Assembly: GCF_006345805.1 (NCBI RefSeq)
Contig: NC_042999.1
Span: 97,712,001 to 97,776,000 of the forward strand
Direction: 5' to 3'
Source of the DNA: Octopus sinensis
Taxonomy: Eukaryota
DNA: 64,000 bases
Of the stretch, positions 39,834-54,415 are shown in pieces. Position 1 is the first letter of the stretch. Every line of letters begins with the position of its first letter. Under the pieces are notes generated by a model. That model saw only the letters and a list, made by a program, of their open reading frames with translations. It did not search any database and was not told the DNA's origin. The position numbers and the translations under genes are program-made.

Positions 39834-40574
39834 CAGAAAACTACCCACTGAATTATTGATGATGACTAAGCGATGTTAGTGTGATGGATCAAATAGACAT
39901 ACCAAGTGACTACAAGGAAAAGTAAAAATAAATTTAAAAAATAATAAAACTCAGATATTAATTAATAAACATTAATAACATGGTTTGAAACATAGAAATG
40001 CTAATTGAATACATGAAATTTTTTTTAAACATGGTTAATATTTTCATATTTAGACTGGCAAAATTTCTTCAATACCCGTGTGTCTTTCAGCTGAATTATA
40101 TACTCTACTTGGGACAATGACTTAAAGCTGTGCCTTGGATACAGCTACAAAGCGCATTAAATAAAATATCTTCAAAGCAAAATTAGTTTCTACCTTTACC
40201 CTCATCTGCAATGGCTATACAATTTATTACAGATTAAGAGTTTTATGTCTACGCTTTTCACAAGTTATTAGCACCATTTTATTCAAGTGAATGTATAACA
40301 CAATGATAATGGAAGATATACATTATACATAATTATATGCAGTGATGGCTAATATTACGAACGTATCAAAACTACAAATCTGTATACCTGTGTGTGTGTA
40401 TGTGTGTGTGCGTGTATGTGTCTGCGCGTGCGTGTGTGCGCGTGCGTGTGTGCGCGTGTGTGTGTGCGTGAAATATTGTATTTCTTTACATTTATTTATA
40501 GTAGTTACAATCTCCATTTAAAAAAAAATTTGGATTGAGGACTAAATATTCTCCAATTTCTTTTTTATTTTCAG

Positions 40575-40635
40575 AATGTTTGGTGTCATGTCTGAAAGGA
40601 TTCTACCGCAGGATCTGCTGCATCTACTGGAAACG
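40575..40635 (+). CDS. Candidate host exon (unidentified gene)
   Basis: Strong acceptor tttttattttcag| and donor ACG|gtaaat. The 61-nt unique segment is open as MFGVMSERILPQDLLHLLET. No family recognised. Confidence 0.35.
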
Positions 40636-41804
40636 GTAAATTTGGTGAACTGAGTATATATATATATATATATACATATACACACATATATATTATATAT
40701 ATATATGTGTGTGTATGTATATATATATTATATACATGCATACATACACACACACACATACACACACGCGCGCGCGCGCGCATACACACATATATGAGTG
40801 ATACATGTGAAATAAACTGGGACTACCAAAATCCAAAATTGCGGATTCAACCGAATTATGCAGTCCTAGCTTATCTCACATAAGATAACACACATAAGAT
40901 TCTAGACGTTTCCAACATAACGTTGCATTAGGTCTTTCACATTTTTGTAGCAAAACAAAGGCATACATACATATACGCATACTTATAATTATATTTACAT
41001 ACCTATTCAATAGGTGTGTATACATACATACATACATACATACATACATACATACATACATACATACATACATACATACATACATACATACATACATACA
41101 TACATACATACATACATACATACATACATACATACATACATACATGCATACATACATACATACATACATACATACATACATACATACATACATACATACA
41201 TGCATACATACATACATACATACATACATACATACAAGCCGAAGGCTCAGTCTTCGACAATGCAGCAGTGAGACACTGTTCGATGTGAGAGGACAGGTAT
41301 TCGTAAGTATCGTGAGAAGCCAATAAAGAAAAAGAGGGAGAGTGAATGGGAGAGAGACAAAACCAAATAAGGCAGTCTAAAATCTGAAGGGTGGATGCTA
41401 CGCGCATCGTTAGTAATGTGGCATTATCTCCACGAACAAGGCCGTTAACTCTGTAAGATGAGCAATTTATAAAGCATCAAGTAGACAGTATACGGTTCAC
41501 TGCTGTAGGGAGCGGAAATACTGAATATTTTTACAAGTATTTCGTTGCTTGCGGTGCTGATTTCAATTCCCAGGACGTAAGCATTCTTTTCATTGCAAAA
41601 TAGTAAATCAGTGCTTTAAAGTATATTATATACTACAAAAACAATTTTCTGAAGTACATGAAGTTCATTTTCGGTTTCGAGTCACTGACAGAGTCTTTTG
41701 TTGAGACAATGAAAGAAAAACTCAACGTGTTTTTTTTCCGATCTGCTCTGACGAACAGCCAAATTCCCGCAAATCATATTTTATTGTATTATAAAGGAAT
41801 ACAG

Positions 41805-42098
41805 CGGGTTACTTTGAGTAATAGCCTTGAGCCAACCAGAGTGAATTTGGCGAATGGTAACTCTGGAATCCTTCAAAAATATGTGCTTGTTTGTGCATGT
41901 GTGTGTATGTGTATGGGTGTTTGCTTTAGTGTTTGTGCTTGTCCCCACCATACAGTTTGATAAACGGTGTTGGTTTGTTTACGTCCCCGTAACGTAAGTT
42001 CGACAAAAGACCGATAAAATTAATACCTGAGCTAAAAAGTAAGTGCTAGAATCGATTTATTTGACGAAACACTTCAAGATGGAGACCCAGTGACTGGA
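41805..42098 (+). mobile_element. SINE family A, old diverged copy
   Basis: ttgtccccacca...ggtgttggtttgtttacgtccccgtaac...aaagaccgata. Confidence 0.7.
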
Positions 42099-42147
42099 AA
42101 TCCACTTTCTTGCAAAAAATAGAAACTTATAATAGAATGCAACAGGA

Positions 42148-42207
<60 letters not shown>

Positions 42208-42226
42208 TATCTCTCTCTCCACAAAG

Positions 42227-42441
42227 TGTTTAAACTGCCCCCAGATGTCCACACACAGGAAAAGAAGACTAGAACAGTTGGCATAAAAAATCAGTTTTCA
42301 GGCGATGATTGTCCAAACGCAATTCTTGTAATGACAAACCAAGAACTGTGTTTGGACATCAGTGCTTGTGACCATACAACTTCAAACGCCAATGTTACTA
42401 ATCCTACTATTTTATCTCCTATCTATTTCGGCCCTCACCCG
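42227..42441 (+). CDS. Candidate host exon (unidentified gene)
   Basis: Follows a long (CT)n tract plus AG and ends at CCG|gtaagt. One open frame FKLPPDVHTQ...SPIYFGPHP. No family recognised. Confidence 0.25.
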
Positions 42442-42585
42442 GTAAGTGAATATCATCAGCACCAACAACAAACATCACAACCATCATCATCATCGCTGTC
42501 GTCATCGTCATCATCATCAGTTTATTATCGGTGCCATTTTTTATTTTAAAAATATTCATTAATAAAAGAAATTATTATTAGTATC

Positions 42586-42705
<120 letters not shown>

Positions 42706-42706
42706 A

Positions 42707-42918
42707 GGCGGTGAGCTGGCAGAATCGTTAGCGCGCCGGGCAAAAGGCTTTGCGGCACTTCGTCCGTCTCTACGTTCTGGGTTCAAATTCCACCGAGGTA
42801 CCCTTTGCCTTTCATTCTTTCAGGGTCGATAAATTAAGTACCAGTAAAACACTGGCTTCAATGTGATCGCCAAGTACCCAACCCCAAAATTTCAGGCCTT
42901 GTGCCTATAGTAGAAAGG
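42707..42918 (+). mobile_element. SINE family B, full length, in (ATT)n
   Basis: ggcggtgagctggcagaatcgttagc...gggttcaaattcc...gtgcctatagtagaaaggattattatt. Confidence 0.9.
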
Positions 42919-44479
42919 ATTATTATTACTACTGCTGCTACAAATCCCACTATTGTTATTATCTGGAACGTGTCTAGGCCTGTACTTGCAACTAGTCTCT
43001 CACTGTATTTAGAGAAGTAATGGTGTCTCATTCCAGTTCTACTAATTACAAATGAGAAGGACACGTTCTTTAACTATCATAATATTTTTAGTTCAACAGC
43101 TTGGTCGATTTACTTCCCTGGCTTTTCAGCTCGCCCTAACATAATATAAAATGTCATTTTGGTATTACTATGTCGTTAATTAGTACATCATTGTCATTTT
43201 TGTAATAGAAAAAAATTATGTCAGGCTTATTTTGTTGAGTTCTATTTGTATGCTCAAGTTACATAGTTTTGTGAGGTTTTGTTTTTCATTTTGTCATTTT
43301 CTAAGACAGGTGGATGTGTACCACGGTGTATTTTCTTGAAATATTTGAAATCGGATGGCTATACGTATATAGAGCAGTTCTTTCTACGTTATTGAGTCTC
43401 CCAAAATAGTTCGTTGGAACTTGCATACAATATCCTTATTTAGTGTTGTGTATTGTTTCAAGAAACACACAACAGAAGTGTCATTAGTGATATCGTAGGA
43501 GTTGTAGTTATTTATTTCAACATCTCTAGTGACAATAGCTTGTTGTTGCTTGGTGAATGTCATTGCTTCTGTTACCTCGTTCAGGACGGATTTATTCATC
43601 CAGGCCTGGTTCTGTTTTCTTTAATCTATATACGAAACTTCTTTAATCTATATATGAAACTTTAGAAGTATGAAACTGCAAAAGTATTGACTATGTAATA
43701 GTACGAATTAATAGATGTTTTTAAAAATTTTATATTTTACTTTCAATTTTTTTTATCATGGTTAACCCAGTGTGTGTCTGTTTTAGCTGCTGCTTTAAGT
43801 TTAGATGTCACTCATTTGAAAACTAATCACATTTCTAATATGAATGTTTCTGCGTTAATAATCAATTTACTACCGTTTGTACGATGATAATCAACCAACA
43901 AGGACAGGCAGCAGGAAAGTGAGCCACATTAATAACTGCCGGTATACCCGAATTAGAAGTGAATTCGGATGGAAAGATTAAAAGAGAATGAAGTAAGTAC
44001 TGTGCAGACTAAAGAGGAGATGGATAAGGTTTATATCGGACCTCACTATAATAGACTATTGGTATAAAAAATATTACAAGTTTACATGCAAGTAACAAGC
44101 CACTTCTCACAGGACGTAAGAGGCTTCATTCTTCACCCAAACTTGGAAATATTCAGTCAAATTCAGAAGAATCACTTTGCAAAATGTAATTAGGACGGCA
44201 GGTGATCAGAGTTGCGAGGTACCTTTTTTCTATGCAAGTGATTTCTTTATGAACAGGTTATCATTGTATTTATTTGCTTACCAAGTCTTTAACCCAGTTT
44301 AATATTTGGAGATGTGTATTTGCCACACATCTCGTTTATTATATGAATGTCTATGTATGTGTTTATGTTTGTATGTATATATGCATTTATGAATATGTAT
44401 CCCCAGACGTTTTGTAGCCTCTTTTGTATGAGACATTTTGTATTGTATGCATGAGCTCTTGAGGTTAATAAAGAAAGGA

Positions 44480-45075
44480 TCCCGCAGCTTAGAGACATTT
44501 TCCTCAAAACATGAGCAGTTCCAAATATTGTTGCCATCTGAATACTTCCTAAGAAGTTCGGTATTCGCAGCTTTTGATGCCAGAATGTTACTCTTTTTGA
44601 GATAATTCCAAGTGAATTGATCACAATAGGTACGACACTCACGTTTGAGGCTCGATGGATTCGTTTCTCTTCCAATCCTAAGTCTTACCACATCACGATT
44701 TTCTCGTCCTCTGTCTTAACAATATTCTGGTATAACTACGTCGATGCAGGTTCATTCTTTGGACTCCTTCAGTAAAAGTGATATCTAGACGGTTATGTTG
44801 CAGCTTTTTGTTTGTATTGCAGTTTTTTTGTTTCTATATATTGGCATATCCAATTTGACCCTCGCCCGATCATTCTCTGCTACTGGTAATGTTTGGTTCT
44901 CATACCACTTGTTGGAACATTCAAGCCTGTACTGCTTGCACAACTTCTTGTGTATTCGCACTGCTATTTTGTCATGGCATTTTTTGTAGTCCTTTTGTGC
45001 TAGTTTTCAGCATCCACTAGTTATAAATATATGCATATCTCAGATGATTTTTCCACACAGTCAACACAAAGGTAA
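44480..45075 (-). mobile_element. R4/Dong-clade LINE 3' fragment (RLE region)
   Basis: VVPIVINSLGIISK...IQMATIFGTAHVLRK, with an upstream CCHC-like remnant. Confidence 0.75.
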
Positions 45076-45251
45076 TTGAGCCTCACATTACCACTGAGGG
45101 CGATAAAATAAGTACCAGTTAAGCACTGGGGTTTATGTAATCAACTAGCCCCTCTCTCCCCACAAAATTCAGGTCCTGTGCCTATAATAGAAAGGATAAT
45201 AATATTAATATTATCATCATCATCATCATTATTATTATTATTATTATTATT

Positions 45252-45734
45252 GAGTGAGAGAGCAGTTCATGCCATCAAAGTGACACTGGGGTAAAATATA
45301 CGAAGCCCAATATACCCATCATGACTACCCGTCTGATAAAGGTACACCAGGCACATGCATCACAACCATATGTGCGCGACATGGTGATCTCATATCAAGA
45401 TAAACAGCACATGACCTTGCAGGTGGTGCCCAGCTAGAATTTTCTTCAGGTTGAGTAGCCCATTCAGCTCAAACGGTCCCTGAATAAGGGTTGTTTAAGG
45501 ATGTTGAAAAAACCGCCCATGTTTCCAGAGGTGAATTATTCAAACCCCAAAGAATCCCTCTCAACACATGGCTATGATGCTCCCCCACTACTTCTGCTCG
45601 TGATCAGAGATGCACATATCGTCAGCCACTAAGGGACATGCTCAACTGGTTAAGGTCAAACAACTGACAAGCAAATCTGTGGTATTGAGCAGAATATTTG
45701 CTGTAGCCCATCTTTTATACCAAGACAAAACAAT
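45252..45734 (-). mobile_element. Family C element, 5'-truncated, in (ATT)n
   Basis: Reverse complement of ~3159-3641 with few mismatches. (ATT)n on both sides. Confidence 0.9.
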
Positions 45735-45760
45735 TATTATTATTATTATTATTATTATTG

Positions 45761-45824
<64 letters not shown>

Positions 45825-45926
45825 TGTTCGAGAGAGAAACTTTTGTTCCAAAATGCTTTTTGTTGGTTTATATTATGGCTTTTCTCCCAACAATCGTTAA
45901 TTCTGTTTGCTTATCTCCGTATTTCT

Positions 45927-45959
<33 letters not shown>

Positions 45960-46839
45960 ACACACACACTCTCTCTCTCACTCTCTCTCTCCCTCCCTGT
46001 CTCTCTCCCTCCCCCTCCCTCCCTCTCTCTTTCTCTCTCTTTAACTTTCTTCCCCTCTAAAATCTTCCCAACACTGTCTATTTACATAACTATTCCACCT
46101 GTACTTTATGATTATTGATGATGTTGTTCTAGTTGCTATTTTTGAAATCCTTGTATTCCCTCTTTCTCGCTGTGCACGTTTTTACCTTTAAAAAGATTTT
46201 ATTTCAGCTCTTAAAGACAACAAGACACTCGTCAGTTACGTTGTTTCTCTGCCGCCTACGGCAGAAACTGTACCTCGTCACAGAAACTATTTAAACACAA
46301 AACAACAAAATAGCCGATTAGCTATACAAATGTTTTAGTTCTCTTTATAACATTACTATATATTGGCCGAAGCTACAAGATGGCAGCTTCGAACTGGCAG
46401 GCCGCAGCAGCTATGAAGCACGGATGTTTTATATCTTGTTCAATGTACTTGTACGTCTATCAGCCATTACAACTACACGAACCAATAAGGGAACCTTCCA
46501 TGGCCACGACCTGCTGTAAATAGCAGCTATTCCTTAAATCATGTCTTACTATCTTAAACATAGGAAAACATGTTACATAATGTAGTCTCCTAATTCACCT
46601 TAGTAACCGATTCTATAATGCCTTCAGTAACCGATTCTGGTTTATGGTTAAACAGCAGCAATAACACCATATATGGTACTCTTTTACAATATGTATTATT
46701 TTTATTAGTGATCAATTGCAACGTTTCTAGATTACAGCTCTGTCCAAATATTAAAAAAAAAAGTAATGAAAGATGATTATAATTAGATTAAGCAAAAGAT
46801 AACAACAATATGTAGTAATAGTAATACTAACATAGAGTA

Positions 46840-47455
46840 ATAGTTATATTAATGCGCTGAAATTTAAGGTACTACAAGTGAAGGTGTTGCAATAGTGAGG
46901 AGGCGCAACGGCCCAGTGGTTAGGGCAGTGGACTCGCAGTCAAAGGATCGTGGTTTCGATGCCCAGACCGGGCGTTGTGAGTGTTTATAGAACAAAAACA
47001 CCTAAAGCTTCACGAGGCTCCGGTAGGAGGTGGTAGCGAACCCTGCTGTATTCTTTCACCACAACTTTCTCTCTTTCTTCCTGTTTCTGTTGTACCTGTA
47101 TTTCAAAGGGCCAGCCTTGCTACGCGCTGTGTCACGCTGAATTTCCCCGAGAACTACGCTAAGGGTACACGTATCTGTGGAGTACTCAGCCACTTACACG
47201 TTAATTTCACGAGCAGGCTGTTCCGTTAAGCGGTTCAACTAGAACCCTCGTCGTCGTAACCGACGGAGTGCCACGAATTGCAATAGTATAGAAATATATT
47301 TGCGCCGAAATTTACGATGCCATAAATGAAGGTACTACAACCGTAATAATGATATTAATGCGCTGAAATTTAAGGTACCACAACTAAAAATATTGTGATA
47401 ATAATAGTAATGCGCTGAAATTTTGAGATCCCACAACCGAAGGTACTACAATGTA
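46840..47455. repeat. Degenerate tandem repeat interrupted by SINE E
   Basis: taatgcgctgaaattt...aggtactacaa recurs at ~46850, ~47355 and ~47408. Confidence 0.65.
46897..47277 (+). mobile_element. tRNA-derived SINE family E
   Basis: Head ggaggcgcaacggcccagtggttagggcagtggactcg...ggtttcgatgcc. Perfect 10-bp TSD ttgcaatagt at 46887-46896 and 47278-47287. Confidence 0.88.
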
Positions 47456-49399
47456 AACTATCACATATCGCAGAACGGTAATGTAAAGAACCATATTTAA
47501 TAATAACGGGTACTACACACCAAAGAACTGTGAAGGAAGCTGCAATGCTTAGTGTACTGCAATGCTCTCATACATTAAATACTACACTGTACCTAAAAAT
47601 GTCCACATTTTTTATTCTATTGAAAATAAAATTTTAAATCTATTTCTTGTCATCTTTTTTTTTCTTTTTGTCTTTGTGTTTAATCCATCTTTTCCACCAT
47701 TTCTAACGATTTTTTCAATAGATATCTGTTTGAATGGCATTTACCCTCATACTGCTAGAGTGAATATCTCTATATCTCACAGTATATCTCCCGATATTGG
47801 GGCTATATCAAGAAATATTCCATTGGTGTTATTATTGCTATATCCCAGCGTACTATAACTGTTCAAATTTATACTGTTTTCTCTTCAACTAAACACAAAT
47901 GCTTAAATTTCTAGAGAAGACCAAGTGAGAAAGTGTGGCTTTCATGGATTTTTTCAAACTTCAGCAATATAAGTGAAACTGAAATGACTTTCGATCAGAC
48001 ATCTAAACCGATAATAATATTGACTCGCTTCGACTGAGCTCTATGGTAACATTGCTACTCTCATTGATATCAAGTTATATGCAATTGCTGGAGGTGTTGA
48101 TATCAAATTATCAGTCATTATTCATATCAAATATCTTAACCATAGCTTTTAGCTGATAAATTTAACTTACTGTTAATAATGTTGCTAATCCTTCCGTAAC
48201 ACTCTTTTGAAGTTGACTACTGATAACAGATAGCAGCTTGCCATGGATACTTGGTTACTGATAACAAATAGCATGGAAGCAGTTGATACCCAATTATACA
48301 CACACATATACACACATATATGTATATATGTGCACATACATACTTGAAAGAGACACGCTCACAGAATTCTACAGGCACATACACAGGCATTCACACACAG
48401 AAGGTAAAGATAGAAAGCTGTCAATTTCCGCCGGAATATGGATGATTTGTGCTACTGTAAGTAAATCCTACCAGTCTGGTGTATCTTCACCGGGGCACAA
48501 ATTTTGACGCTGTTCTGGGGAGGATTAAATGGCACCATTAGAGCGCATATTCCCCGCTCAGTGACTCTGACTCTAAAATGTCGTTACATTCTAATATCTA
48601 CATCACCGAAGTTGCAATAATAAGGTTTTATACAAACAATATCAAACTACTTTAGGGTGTAGGATTCTGAATTTCTGTAACCCTTGGTTTATACGAAAGC
48701 ATACACGAGCTTAATTTTACCCAGAAATATTGCAGAGATAGGTTACGTCAAAGGGTAACCGTTATTTTCTCTGTGATTCTCCATTACAACAGTAGGTTTT
48801 ATATAGACATACACGAGCTCAAGCAGATTTATAAATCATTAGAAATCGCATAAAACAGTAGGACACAAGATTAAATGCCTTTTTAGTTTTCAGCAGTCTC
48901 CGCCTACATTCTGACTTACAATTTTACCAGAATCGAGTCGATATCTCATCCACCTCTGGTTGATAAAATATGAGCCAGCAATTTTTTATGGCCGACTAAA
49001 TCTGTGCTACACAAATTTGTAGATTTGTAGCTGTATGACAATATACTAAGGTGAAAACTTACTATTCATACTATTCATTTCTTTTAACTAGGTACCATTT
49101 TTAACTAGGCATCATTTTTGTGCAGTATGTTTTATTAATTGTAAAACCCAACTGATGTTAATGGGATTTGAACTGTAGGTGAAATGAAATAAATATATCA
49201 CAAGACATTTATTTTGATATACCACTTATTTTCCACACTCCTCTCTTCACAGGAGTATCTAGTGTAGTTAATTGCAGAAGCAGCTGAGTTACTGCCTTTG
49301 TGCGGACGTAGAATTGGAGCGGCCGGCTGTTCAGGAAATAAGAGCATAAAATCTGTATCTTTTAAGATCTATTGAAAATTCAAGATTCATGGAGTTAGC

Positions 49400-50420
49400 G
49401 GACCTGTATACTGCATAATTATTCAATATAATCCCCACCAGGCGACCGTGGAATCGAGAAAGGCGAATTTCACGGTTGCAGCTGACAAATTTCAGAATGT
49501 CTGACAGATGTGCTGCTTTAGCTCATCTTTGTAGCAGGCAGTCTTGTTGTACTCGCTCGACCACGCCATAAGAAAAATAGTCCAGAGGATTCCAGTCTGG
49601 GGAGTTAGAAACCCACATATCTGGGCTGGCATGGTTGTAAATAGTTAGCTGAGAGCCTCTTTTGCATCTTCCTGTCAGTGTGTGTAGGTGCAGAATACAC
49701 AATGTCTCTTGAGTCCAGGACTTCATCACAGTCTCCAGAACCCCCTGATACACATCCTGGTTCACCTCCAGGTTCATTTAAAGGAGTGAGGGTGCATGAC
49801 AATTTCCTCACTCTGATCTCGCCAGAAACTATGATGTGGACAGGAGACTTAGTCTTCATGACCCTAGGAACATGATGCAGGCTAATTACAAACCACCTGG
49901 TATTCTGCTTTGTGTATGCTTTGTTCTGGTAAATAAATTATTTTCCATCTAAGAAAAACCACATGTTTGGTTCCAAAGGATGCCTCAGTTTGTTCAACAG
50001 CTTTTTCTTGACCCTCTTCATGCGGTTCTACTTGAACATGTGAGTGAGCAGTTGTACTGCCTCCATTTTGTAACACTTGTAATAAAGGTCTTCATTCACA
50101 CAAGTTCTAACAGTCTCCTCATCATAGACTAGTTGTCTGGCAATCTCGTGTATCACAATAGAGGAGGTCTTCCTCAATTAACTGCTCAAATTTCTGGATG
50201 AAATCAGCATTTCTCACCCTTTCTTTACTGTTATTATGAGTTTTCCCAGTAGCCATTGTCAACGTCAAACTTACTGTCCTCTAACTCCTTTCTGACCCTC
50301 TGGACTGTAGCCAGTGGGTGCATTAAGTTACCAGCAATAGCCTTGTGATTCCTGCCTGAGCAGACTTTGTAAACCACCACCTTGCTTTTCCTCTCCTCAG
50401 GCTACTTCCATTTCTTTAAT
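49400..50420 (-). mobile_element. Tc1/mariner-superfamily (maT/DD37D-like) transposase remnant
   Basis: SPDMWVSNSPDWNPLDYFSYGVVER and KTKSPVHIIVSG resemble WPPNSPDLNPLDY and TKFPA.VMV.G. Many frameshifts. Confidence 0.8.
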
Positions 50421-50576
50421 CCGTCCAAGTTCACATATTTCTCGAAGCCAGATACAATTTGGAAGGAAAGCAATATTAATTTGCATCATAGCTTTCAAAA
50501 TAGTATTTTATTTTTATTTAAATAGAGGCACTAATTTATACAAATATCATACACACACACACACAGACACTCTCTC

Positions 50577-50615
<39 letters not shown>

Positions 50616-51346
50616 TTCTGATAAAATGGATACATCCTACGCGCCTACAAAGTTGTAATACTTATGAGTCAAACTTTTATTAAAAACATATCTAATATCT
50701 ACAAAATGTATGAGTTGATAGTCAGTTTATATATATGTGTGTGTGTGTGTACATATATCTATGCATGTAATGCATATATATATGTGTGTGTGCGCGCGCG
50801 TATGCATATATATATAATATATATATACATTTATATATGTATATATATATACATATATACATATGTATATATGTACATAAATGTATGTATATCTATATGT
50901 GTGTGTGCGTGTGTGTGTGTACATAAATGTATGCATGTATATGTGTGTGTGTGCGTGTGTTTGTGTACATACATATATATACATAAATATCGAACGATGA
51001 GAATGAGTGCTGAGCCCCACATTGGTGGATAAGATGTCTTTATTTGTGTATTGAGGCTTACCACTGCTTAAGAATAGTATCTTAACACGAAACCAATGGT
51101 AGCCATAATACATAAATATATATATGGTGGCTGAAAAGCTCCTGGGTTTTGTTAAAAAAGACAAACGGGAAAATGCGTTAATTATAAGTTCATTGAACGT
51201 ATTCCCATCTCAGATTCGCTCACTTATTGCAGCAGTCCTCCAGTTTTTCTCAACCCTGTAAAAGAATTCGGAAGGTTGGGACTCCAGCCAGGCCTTTCGA
51301 GACACACACCCATAAAAGCAGGAATTCATAAGCGTCCCCTCGTGTG

Positions 51347-51378
<32 letters not shown>

Positions 51379-51570
51379 ACACACACACACACACAAAATA
51401 TATAATATATATATATATATTATTGAAGTAGATAAATGAATTATTTATTACGGATTATTCAAATGATAAACGATACCTGGGTAGCAAAAATCACAACAGA
51501 AAAAGCACGGTTGAGGTTACGACCATGGGGGTCTAAAATCCGTGCCTTAGTGCGGAAATTTGAAGTTTTA

Positions 51571-52020
<450 letters not shown>

Positions 52021-52062
52021 TATATATATATAATAATAATATATATATATATATATATACCT

Positions 52063-52360
52063 CGTGTTTAGGGCATTGCACTCTTGCATTCACGATTTAG
52101 CGATCGTGATTTCAATACCTAGACCGGATGGTGCGTTGAGTTCTTGAGCAAGACACTTCATCTCCCGTTACATCTGCGATCACTTCAACACCTGACGCGT
52201 GGTACACTGGGCACCTGTTCAGACAACGTCGATTTGATGGGGCGGAGTGAACTAATGCACGGCATGTGCGACACGAACATTTGATCACTATAAACAAATC
52301 ATTTGTGCAGGTCGTTCAGCAACAGGTGAACGCTCATACGTTGTCTTCGACAAAAGAGTC
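52063..52360 (+). mobile_element. SINE family D
   Basis: Colinear with 29699-29984 (gatttcaatacctagacc, cttgagcaagacacttc, gatcactataaacaaatc). Confidence 0.8.
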
Positions 52361-52595
52361 TATTACATACATACATACATACATACATCATACATACATA
52401 ATACATACATACATACATACATACATACATACATACATACATACATGCATACATACAACATATATATATATATATTATATATATATATATTATATATACT
52501 ATATATATAAAGTGAGAATTTACAAAAAAAAAGACGAAGACGGGCGTGAAGCAACAAACAGATGTATTAGTTTAACGCTCGGGAAGTGAGAAAGT

Positions 52596-52631
52596 CTTTT
52601 ACATTTCGAGCCTACGCTCTTCGACAGAAAG
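52596..52631 (-). ncRNA. Minimal hammerhead-like motif with non-canonical core, in a probable Penelope LTR remnant (~52505-52740)
   Basis: Reverse complement CTTT-CTGTCGA-A-GAGC gtag GCTC-GAAA-tg-TA-AAAG. Confidence 0.5.
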
Positions 52632-52813
52632 GAAAACAGAAATAAACAGGGAGAGAAAATAGAAAAAGGTTTAGTGGCTACCGATCTATTATGACGAATG
52701 CCGGACAGAGGGGTCACACAGGAGAGCTAGGAAGAATATAACATACATACATACATACATACATACATACATGCATTAAAGGAGAATCTGGATAAACTAG
52801 GATTTTCAGAAAG

Positions 52814-52855
<42 letters not shown>

Positions 52856-53143
52856 TACACACACACACACACAGATACACTCGCATACTCACACTCACAC
52901 AGAAGCAGTAATTCCAGGCCTTGTCTGTGGTGTGTATTTATGTCTGCAATAAATACAATCGCATGAATATACTGTGGTCTGGAGAAATTGTTCTGAAAAT
53001 TTATTGATCAGCTTCAGTTGGTCTGAGAATATTGATTCACTGAGAATGGTTGTGCTCAAACAATTTTCGTAGGGAATATCAGGAAAGTCACATAACTGAT
53101 TATTACTTTTCAAATTGTGTCTATTTAAAATTTCATATTCTTA

Positions 53144-53241
53144 GGCGACGAGCCGGCAGAGTCGCTAGTGCGTACCGGAAGAAATACTTAGCCATGTCGT
53201 TTCAAATAAACCACGACTCACCATAACTATTATTATTATCA

Positions 53242-53272
<31 letters not shown>

Positions 53273-53465
53273 TATTATTATTATTATTATTATCATTATT
53301 ATTGTACTTCGCCCGTCGCTACGTTCTAAGTTCATATTCCGCTGAGGTCGACTTTGCTTCATCCTTTCGGTGGCGATAAATTAAGTACTAGTGAAACACT
53401 GGGGTCGATGTAATTGACTAGTCCCCTTCCACCAAGTTTCGGACCATGTACCTGTAGTAGAAAGG
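53144..53465 (+). mobile_element. SINE family B interrupted by (ATT)n
   Basis: Head ggcgacgagccggcagagtcgctag, (ATT)n at ~53226-53303, then the body resumes at cttcgcccgtcgctacgttct. Confidence 0.8.
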
Positions 53466-53491
53466 AGTATTATTATTATTATTATCATAAT

Positions 53492-53602
<111 letters not shown>

Positions 53603-53633
53603 TTTATTATTATTATTATCATTATCATTATTA

Positions 53634-53678
<45 letters not shown>

Positions 53679-53885
53679 GGGCAGCAAGCTGATAGAATTG
53701 TTAGCACGCCAGGCAAAATGCTTAGCGAGATTTCGTCCTTTACGTTGTCGGTTCAAATTCCGCCGAGGTTGATTTTGCTTTTCATCCTTTCGGGGTCGAT
53801 AAATTAAGTACCAGTTGTGTACTGAGGTCGATCTAATCGACTGGCTCCTCAAAAAATTTCAGACCTTGTGCCTATAATAGAAGGG
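53679..53885 (+). mobile_element. SINE family B
   Basis: ggcagcaagctgatagaattgttagcacgcc...gtgcctataatagaaggg. Confidence 0.88.
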
Positions 53886-53907
53886 ATGATTATCATTATT
53901 ATTATTA

Positions 53908-54415
53908 GAGGGAGAGAGCAACGCATGCAATTAAAGTGACACTGGGGTAAAATATACGAAGCCCAGTATACCCATCATGACAACCCGTTTGATTAGGGTA
54001 CACCAGGCACATGCATCGCAGCCATATAGGCGCGACATGGTAATCCTATATCAAGATAAACAACGCATGACCTCGCAGGTGGCGACCAATTAGAGTTTTC
54101 TTGAGGTTGAGTAGCCCATCCCACTCAAAGGGTCCCGCAATAAGGTTTGTTGAAGTATGATGAACAGAACACCTATCTTTCCAGAGATGAATTATTCAAA
54201 CCCCAAAGAATTCCTCTCAACACATGACTTCCCCACTACTTCTGCTCGTGATCAGAGGTGCACATATCATCAGCCACCAAAGGACATGCTCAACTGGTTA
54301 TGGTCAAGCAACTGACAAGCAAAACTATGGGATTTAGCAGAATATTTGCTGTAGTCCATCTTTTATACCAAGACAAAACAATGTACACTTCCAATCAGTT
54401 ACGATCAAAAGCCAT
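53908..54415 (-). mobile_element. Family C element, more diverged copy
   Basis: Colinear with the reverse complement of ~3118-3641. Flanked by (ATT)/(ATC) repeats. Confidence 0.88.

Noticed and set aside
46899-46972. tRNA gene (Arg-like), and tRNA-like heads at 55085, 57668, 42707 and 29699
   Set aside because: The cloverleaf is imperfect and each continues into a repeated SINE body, with a TSD in this case. They are SINE heads.
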